Source: Thermoleophilia bacterium
GTDB taxonomy: Bacteria > Actinomycetota > Thermoleophilia > Gaiellales > SKUG01
Length of the DNA stretch: 38,148 nucleotides
NCBI GenBank assembly: GCA_025964465.1
Contig: JAOPYS010000211.1
Location: 1 to 38,148 of the forward strand
Reading direction: 5' to 3'
The notes under the pieces were generated by a model. It worked only from the letters and a program-made list of their open reading frames with translations. It was not told where the DNA came from and did not search any database. A program made the translations under genes and the position numbers. This document shows, one piece after another, positions 33,499 through 38,148 of the stretch (positions within the stretch are counted from its first letter, which is position 1; the number at the start of each line of letters is the position of its first letter).

Positions 33499-33642
33499 GA
33501 GGTGTCCCTGGGGGTAGTTGACACCTGTTCATCGAGGCCCGCGTTCGGCTCGATCCGTGATCGGGCGGACACCTTCCAGCGAATCCACACCTAGCTCGTA
33601 CATCCTCCGACGGCCCCTGAATCCCGCTGGAGGGCGTCCGAA

Positions 33643-34044
33643 TCAGCCGGTGGTGCCGACCAGCAACTCGACGAGGTTGCCGAAGGGGTCGCGCAGCTTG
33701 CAGCGCGCGTCGGCGACCGGCTCGTCGGACCAGTCGACGGGGTGGCCGGCCTCTCCCAGCCGCGCCGCCAGCGCCTCGAGCGTCTCGAGGTCGCGCACCC
33801 GCAGGGCGGGGTGCCCCTTGGTCGACGGCACGAACGGCTCGAGCACACCGACGTGCAGGCCTGTGGCGCCGGCCCGGAACCAGCAGCCGCCGCGCGATGC
33901 GAGCACGCCGGGCTTGGGCACCTCGGGCAGCCCGAGCAGGTCGCCGTAGAACGCGCGCGCGGCGCCTTCTCCCCCACGCGGGCAGCAGACCTGGAAGTGG
34001 TCGACCCCGATCACGGGTCGGGAGGGGTGTTCGTCGTCGGCCAT
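33643..34044 (-). CDS. VOC (glyoxalase/bleomycin-resistance/dioxygenase) superfamily protein
   Basis: Contains IGVDHFQVCCP...ARAFYGDLLGL...GGCWF...GLHVGV...KGHPALRV.DLE.L..RL...G....W.......RCKLRDPFGNLVELL, the typical betaalphabetabetabeta VOC-fold motif order. I prefer the ATG at 34044 (MADDEHP) over the TTG at 34062 used by the ORF track. Confidence 0.7.
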   Translation of the reverse strand: MADDEHPSRPVIGVDHFQVCCPRGGEGAARAFYGDLLGLPEVPKPGVLASRGGCWFRAGATGLHVGVLEPFVPSTKGHPALRVRDLETLEALAARLGEAGHPVDWSDEPVADARCKLRDPFGNLVELLVGTTG

Positions 34045-34207
34045 TGCCGCGAGCCTACCCAACGCCCCGCCACGATCCCGGTGTGCGGCCCGCTGAGGGG
34101 GCCGATCTACCTCATACTCGGGGAAGGGGGCGGGAACACGTTCGGCCCGGCTCCGTGCCCTGCCGTGGTTGGCTGGGGCACCGGATCCGGGCCGAGTGCG
34201 GGGGGAT

Positions 34208-34234
34208 CGTCGCCCCGATGGGGTCGGGGCGACG
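34208..34234 (-). terminator. Hairpin terminator ending the flagellar operon after fliW
   Basis: Perfect 11-bp inverted repeat CGTCGCCCCGA (34208-34218) / TCGGGGCGACG (34224-34234) with a 5-nt loop, 35 nt downstream of the fliW stop. No U-tract follows, which is common in high-GC actinobacteria. Confidence 0.6.
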
Positions 34235-34268
34235 GGTGTGGGGCGGTGCGGTGGGAAAGCGGGTGGTG

Positions 34269-34799
34269 TCAGGCGACCTGGAGGACCGCGACGTTCTTCA
34301 TCTCGTCCTCGTGCATGGCGACGGGCGTCGGCTGGGCGGCAGCCTTGAAGAGCGGGTCACGCGTCGAGTAGCCGTCGGCAGTGTTGATGACCTGCTTGGC
34401 CAGGCGCTCGTCGTTGTTGATGACGATCGGCGAGAAGAGGTTGATCGTGCCCTTGCGCACGTCCGCCCCGACGTTGACCACGCACATGATCGAGATCTGC
34501 GCGGCGTTCTCCACGTTGATCGCCTCGAGGTCCTCGTCACCGAGCTTGACCTCGTACTCCCAGTAGAACGCCCACGGGAGCACGACGGGGAAGGCGAGCG
34601 ACGGGTCGCTCGTCGAGTGCAGCCACATGAAGACCGAATCGGGGCGCTGCTTGAGCAGCACGTACTCCGTCTCGTCCGGGAAGCCGATCATGCCCTGCGG
34701 CATCGTCAGCACGATGGCGTCCGACACCTCGATGGAGCCGAAGCGGCTGCTCTCGAGCTGGAGGATGCCGGCGTTGTCTGCGGAGCTGTGGTTGCTCAT
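34269..34799 (-). CDS. fliW: Flagellar assembly factor FliW
   Basis: 176 aa with FliW hallmarks: FGSIEVSDAIVLTMPQGMIGFPDETEYVLL......FMWLHS......AFPVV.PW, then INLFSPIVINNDERLAKQVI....GYSTRDPLF. It follows flgL, the canonical position. The SD-like AAAGG lies about 7 nt upstream of the ATG. Confidence 0.85.
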   Translation of the reverse strand: MSNHSSADNAGILQLESSRFGSIEVSDAIVLTMPQGMIGFPDETEYVLLKQRPDSVFMWLHSTSDPSLAFPVVLPWAFYWEYEVKLGDEDLEAINVENAAQISIMCVVNVGADVRKGTINLFSPIVINNDERLAKQVINTADGYSTRDPLFKAAAQPTPVAMHEDEMKNVAVLQVA

Positions 34800-34842
34800 G
34801 TCGTGCCTTTTCGTCTGCCTGGATGGGGTTGGCGAAATCGGA

Positions 34843-35727
34843 TTACAGGAAATCGAGGATCGAGGTCTTGAGCATCTGCGTACCGGACGCGAGCGCGGCC
34901 TGGTACATCGTCTGCTGCTGGGAGAACTTCATGAACGCCTCGGCGGAGTCGACGTCGGCGACGTCGGTGCGCGCCGAGATCAGGCGCTCCTCCGTGAGGT
35001 CGAGCCGGGTCGACGTGACCTGCAGCCGCGCGGAGGTCGCGCCGAGCTGCGTGCGCACGTTGAGCGCCATGTTGGTCTGCGCCTGGATCGAGCCGAGCGA
35101 GGCCCGGACGTTGGTGCCGTTGTTCGCCTGCAGGTCCGTGACGAGCTGGTCGATCACGTCGAGCGTGCTGGTCGGCGTCGGACCGAGCACCGTGTCACCC
35201 GCGACGTTGACCTGGACGCTCTGGTTGTCACCCACGCGGCGGCTGATCGTGTTGGCGCTGCCCGCGTACGCGTTGCCCGGCCCCGGGAACGGCGGCGTGG
35301 ACGATGCGGTGCCGCCGAACAGGTAGGTGTCCCCGTGCTTGGAGTTCATCGCCTGGCGGACGACCTCCTTCAGCTGGAGGATCTCCGTCGCGATGGCATT
35401 GCGGTCCGTGGCGTTGTTGGAATCGCTGCCGCCCTGGACGGCCTTGGAGTAGATCTGCTGCATGGCCGACGTCACGCTGTCGAGCGCGGCGTCCTGGGCG
35501 TCGAGCATCGAGATCGACTCCGACGTGTTGGCCTGGTAGCGCTTGGTGTCGGCGAGCTGCGCGTCGAAGCCGAGCACCTGGCCGGTGCCGAACGGATCGT
35601 CGCTCGGCTTGGTGATGCGGCGGCCGTCGGCGACCTGCTGCTGGCTCTTGGCCAGCTTGGAGTAGATCGACTGGACGTCGGTGTTGAACCCGTTCGCCAT
35701 CGCGTTCTGCGTGATGCGGATCGCCAT
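34843..35727 (-). CDS. flgL: Flagellar hook-associated protein 3 (hook-filament junction protein FlgL)
   Basis: This is the last 294 aa of the 950-aa track ORF, beginning MAIRITQNAMANGFNTDVQSIYSKLAKSQQQVADGRRITKPSDDP (flagellin-N-type motif) and ending SAEAFMKFSQQQTMYQAALASGTQMLKTSILDFL (flagellin-C-type). The ATG at 35727 overlaps the flgK stop (TGATG). The portion of the track ORF upstream of 35727 overlaps flgK and flgN out of frame and is Arg/Gly/Pro junk. Confidence 0.85.
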   Translation of the reverse strand: MAIRITQNAMANGFNTDVQSIYSKLAKSQQQVADGRRITKPSDDPFGTGQVLGFDAQLADTKRYQANTSESISMLDAQDAALDSVTSAMQQIYSKAVQGGSDSNNATDRNAIATEILQLKEVVRQAMNSKHGDTYLFGGTASSTPPFPGPGNAYAGSANTISRRVGDNQSVQVNVAGDTVLGPTPTSTLDVIDQLVTDLQANNGTNVRASLGSIQAQTNMALNVRTQLGATSARLQVTSTRLDLTEERLISARTDVADVDSAEAFMKFSQQQTMYQAALASGTQMLKTSILDFL

Positions 35728-37157
35728 CAGAGCCCCACCCGTCCCATGCGGTTGATGAGCGTGTCGAGCAGCTCGTCCATCGTCGTCAGCACGCGGGCCG
35801 ACGCGTTGTAGGCGTGCTGGAAGCGCAGCATGTTGCTCATCTCCTCGTCCATGGAGACGCCCGAGACCTGGTCGCGTCGGGACTTGGCCATGTCGGAGAG
35901 CACGTCGGCGTTGGTGAGGGTGCTCTCGGCGGTCTGGGCGTCGGCACCGATCGTGGTGACCGTGGACTTGTAGAAGCTGTCCCAGGTCTGGCCGCCCAGC
36001 GCGGCGTTGCCGCCGGGGCGCACCGTGTCGAGCACGGTCTTGAGGTTCGTGCCGTTGCCCGGTTCGCCCGTGCCCGTCCATGAGGACGCCGCCGCGACGA
36101 GACGCGGGTTCGTGACGATGTTGTTGGCGGGGTCGAGCGAGATCGTGGCGGCGGTGGTGCCGGCCGGGTTGAAGATGTTGCCGCCGGGGTTGCCGTTGAG
36201 GTCGAAGCCCGCGGCGTGTGCGGTGTTCACACCCGAGACGAAGTCGGCGACGAGCGCATCGAGCTTGCCGATGTAGCCCGGGATGGTGCCGGTCGTCGGG
36301 TCCCACAGCTGCTCGTCCGCGTGGGCGCGGCCGCTGGTGAGGTCGCCGTTGCCGAACGCCGTGTCGAGGTCCGCGCGCGTGATCGCCGTGGAGCCGGGTG
36401 CGACGGTGGGGTCGACGAGCGCGATGGGCGCAGCCGATCCGAAGGTGATGGTGACCTCGCCGAAGGCGTTCTCGGTCGAGGTGTAGTTGACGAGCTTGCT
36501 CAGGTCGTCCATGAGCTTGTCGCGCTCGTCCAGCAGGTCGTTGGGCTGCTGGGAGTGGTCGATCGCCCGGTGGATCTCCGTGTTGAGCGCGGCGATGCGC
36601 TGGGTGATGCCGTTGACGTCGGTGACGGTCTGGTTGAGGCGCAGGTCGCTCTGCATGGCGACGTTGCCCAGGTCGGTGCTGACCTGACGGAACCCCTGCG
36701 CGAGCGCGCTGGTGGCATTGGCGAACGCCTGGCGCGCGGAATCGTTGTCGGCGTTGGACGCCACGGCGTCCATAGACGACCAGAAGTTGGCGAAGAGCTT
36801 GCTGAGGCCGGTGTCGCCCGGCTCCTGCAGCGCGGCCTCGACCTGGTGCAGCTGCTCGACCGTGGCCTGCGCGTCGGCCTGGCGGCCGAACTGCCCGCGC
36901 GCGTTCTGGTCGATGAACTGGTCGCGCAGGCGCTCGATGCGCAGCACCTCGACGCCCGTGCCGATCTGGCCCGGCGTGGTCTGCGTGAAGGCTGAGGGGT
37001 TCGACCACGGCGCCGACGCCGTCATCTCCGCGCGCTGGCGCGTGTAGCCCTCCGTGGAGAGGTTGGAGATGTTGTGGCCGGTCGTGTCGAGGGCGACCTG
37101 CTGGGCGAGCACACCGCGCAGTGCGGTGTTCAACCCCATGAACGTGCTCTGGTACAT
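35727..37157 (-). CDS. flgK: Flagellar hook-associated protein 1 (FlgK)
   Basis: 476 aa. The N-terminus is STFMGLNTALRGVLAQQVALDTTGHNISNLSTEGYTRQRAEM. The C-terminus is SGVSMDEEMSNMLRFQHAYNASARVLTTMDELLDTLINRM. Both are canonical FlgK rod/hook-family terminal motifs. A strong SD, GGAGGAGGGGAG, lies directly upstream of the ATG at 37157. Confidence 0.9.
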   Translation of the reverse strand: MYQSTFMGLNTALRGVLAQQVALDTTGHNISNLSTEGYTRQRAEMTASAPWSNPSAFTQTTPGQIGTGVEVLRIERLRDQFIDQNARGQFGRQADAQATVEQLHQVEAALQEPGDTGLSKLFANFWSSMDAVASNADNDSARQAFANATSALAQGFRQVSTDLGNVAMQSDLRLNQTVTDVNGITQRIAALNTEIHRAIDHSQQPNDLLDERDKLMDDLSKLVNYTSTENAFGEVTITFGSAAPIALVDPTVAPGSTAITRADLDTAFGNGDLTSGRAHADEQLWDPTTGTIPGYIGKLDALVADFVSGVNTAHAAGFDLNGNPGGNIFNPAGTTAATISLDPANNIVTNPRLVAAASSWTGTGEPGNGTNLKTVLDTVRPGGNAALGGQTWDSFYKSTVTTIGADAQTAESTLTNADVLSDMAKSRRDQVSGVSMDEEMSNMLRFQHAYNASARVLTTMDELLDTLINRMGRVGL

Positions 37158-37172
37158 GTGCTCCCCTCCTCC

Positions 37173-37679
37173 CTAGACCTGTGCGTCCAGCAGTCGGAGG
37201 CGAGGCGCCTCCTGCTGCATGCCGTGCTTGCCGTACGTCTTCTGTGCGCTCGTGTCGATCGTGGCGCCGCGCACGAGCACCTCGATGATGGCGAGCTCCT
37301 GCTCGAGCATCGCCGTGTTGCGGCCGACGACCGCGTCCAGCTCGACGACGAGCGCGCGCAGCTCCTCGGCGGCGACCGCGAGGGCCTGGCCGAGGGGCGC
37401 GTCGCAGTGCTCGGCGATGATGTCGCGAGTGACCTGGTCGGGAGCGATCTCCAGCAGCGCGCCGGCCTGGGCCAGCAGCACGCCGCGGCGCACCTCCGTG
37501 CGGGAGCGGTCGAGCATGGCGATCTCGACCTCCTGCAGGATCGCGTGCACGGAGTGCACGTCCTGGACCTCGAGCGCCGCGAGCTGCGCGTGCGAGAGGT
37601 CGAGCAGGCGGCGCCAGACGCGCGTCTGCTCCTCGAGGTTGAGGCACAGTTCGTGGGCGATGGATCGGAGCGCGGTCAT
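37173..37679 (-). CDS. flgN: FlgN-family flagellar export chaperone
   Basis: 168 aa, predicted all-helical, Leu/Ala/Glu-rich. The N-terminal pattern L...L..E......LL.L...Q..AL...D is typical of the FlgN family. It lies immediately upstream of flgK-flgL, whose products are the FlgN clients. The call rests more on position than on motifs. Confidence 0.65.
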   Translation of the reverse strand: MTALRSIAHELCLNLEEQTRVWRRLLDLSHAQLAALEVQDVHSVHAILQEVEIAMLDRSRTEVRRGVLLAQAGALLEIAPDQVTRDIIAEHCDAPLGQALAVAAEELRALVVELDAVVGRNTAMLEQELAIIEVLVRGATIDTSAQKTYGKHGMQQEAPRLRLLDAQV

Positions 37680-38056
37680 GCGGGCGTCTTCCCATCGGTG
37701 GCGGCGCCGGGCTTGGGCGTGGGCGTGAGCACGCCGGCCGCGTCGGCCATCTGCGTGTAGAGCGTGGCGGCGATGCCGAGCCCGCCGCCGTTGAGCACGG
37801 CGTTGGTGAGCTGGTCCTGGGCCATGTCCCCGTAGCCAGCAGTCGAACCGGTCTTGTCTTCGCCGCCCTTGTCTTCGTCGCCGAGCATCGAGCCGGCGTT
37901 CTGCATCGGCTTGAGCAACTGCTGCACGAAGAAGCGCTCGAACTCCATCGAGGCTCGGTAGACCTCCTTCTGCTCGGGCGTGTCCAGCCGGATCCCGGGC
38001 GGGGGAGTCAGCGGCTCGTTGCCGAGGGAGGCGGATGTGGAGTTGACGCTACTCAT
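37676..38056 (-). CDS. Rod-binding protein (FlgJ N-terminal domain-like, no muramidase domain)
   Basis: 126 aa containing YRASMEFERFFVQQLLKPMQ, which matches the Rod_binding motif A-x-x-FE-x-x-F-[LV]-x-x-[LM]-L-K-x-M. The stop overlaps the flgN start (ATGA). The start overlaps the stop of the upstream hook/rod gene (TGATG). Confidence 0.7.
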   Translation of the reverse strand: MSSVNSTSASLGNEPLTPPPGIRLDTPEQKEVYRASMEFERFFVQQLLKPMQNAGSMLGDEDKGGEDKTGSTAGYGDMAQDQLTNAVLNGGGLGIAATLYTQMADAAGVLTPTPKPGAATDGKTPA

Positions 38057-38148
38057 CAGCGGCGCATCGAGTTCGCGATACCGAGCATCTCGTCACTCGT
38101 GGAGATGACCTTGCTGACGCTCTCGAACGCGCGCTGCGCGTTGATCAT
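38056..38148 (-). CDS. 3' end (30 codons) of a flagellar hook/basal-body rod family gene (FlgE/FlgF/FlgG type), truncated by the window edge
   Basis: The reverse-strand translation MINAQRAFESVSKVISTSDEMLGIANSMRR* matches the conserved C-terminal motif of rod/hook proteins (for example Bacillus MI.AQRGFQANS..I.TSDE.L.E..NLKR). It is too short to appear in the ORF track. Confidence 0.6.
   Translation of the reverse strand: MINAQRAFESVSKVISTSDEMLGIANSMRR

Noticed and set aside
34220-34243. G-quadruplex motif GGGG-TC-GGGG-CGAC-GGG-TGT-GGGG on the + strand downstream of fliW.
   Set aside because: It overlaps the 3' arm of the terminator hairpin, which explains the G-runs. Such motifs are expected by chance in DNA of about 70% GC. 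It lies on the non-transcribed side for the flagellar operon.
2426-34268. Whether the giant gene sits in a recently acquired genomic island or mobile element.
   Set aside because: No integrase, transposase or recombinase, no tRNA or attachment-like direct repeats, and no visible GC or codon discontinuity apart from the small 32.0-32.4 kb segment. The synteny break is reported as a finding, but a mobile-element call is not supported.
35728-37695. The upstream 656 residues of the 950-aa track ORF (34843..37695, -), which would make one large protein.
   Set aside because: This part overlaps flgK and flgN in another frame and translates to Arg/Gly/Pro/His-rich nonsense. Only the last 294 aa, from the ATG at 35727, have FlgL motifs.

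Overview
High-GC (about 70% by eye) chromosome segment of actinobacterial type.

**Left edge (+ strand).** A conserved housekeeping run, pyrD - mihF - gmk - rpoZ, closed by a hairpin terminator.

**Centre.** About 80% of the window (2670..32996, +) is one uninterrupted 30,327-nt ORF encoding a 10,108-aa modular surface protein. Its parts, in order:
- an N-terminal hydrophobic anchor or signal segment
- a PA14-like lectin domain
- about 26 phased copies (about 24 complete) of a tri-modular Ig-like super-repeat, 317-368 aa each
- seven Calx-beta-like units
- a strongly basic Lys-rich unit
- a Pro/Ala linker
- an orphan C-terminal domain

I found no LPXTG sorting signal.

**Right edge (- strand, convergent on the giant gene).**
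- a 161-aa ORF whose C-terminus resembles type III needle/filament subunits
- a VOC/glyoxalase-family gene
- a tightly coupled late-flagellar operon: hook/rod-family 3' end, rod-binding (FlgJ N-domain-like) protein, flgN, flgK, flgL, fliW, ending in a perfect 11-bp hairpin with no csrA after fliW

**Not found.** No rRNA, tRNA, CRISPR array, transposase or integrase was recognised.

**Main point of interest.** The giant gene's architecture, its repeat phase structure and conserved cysteine pairs, and its position where actinobacteria normally carry coaBC-metK.

**Limits.** All domain names come from motif recognition by eye, not from database searches.
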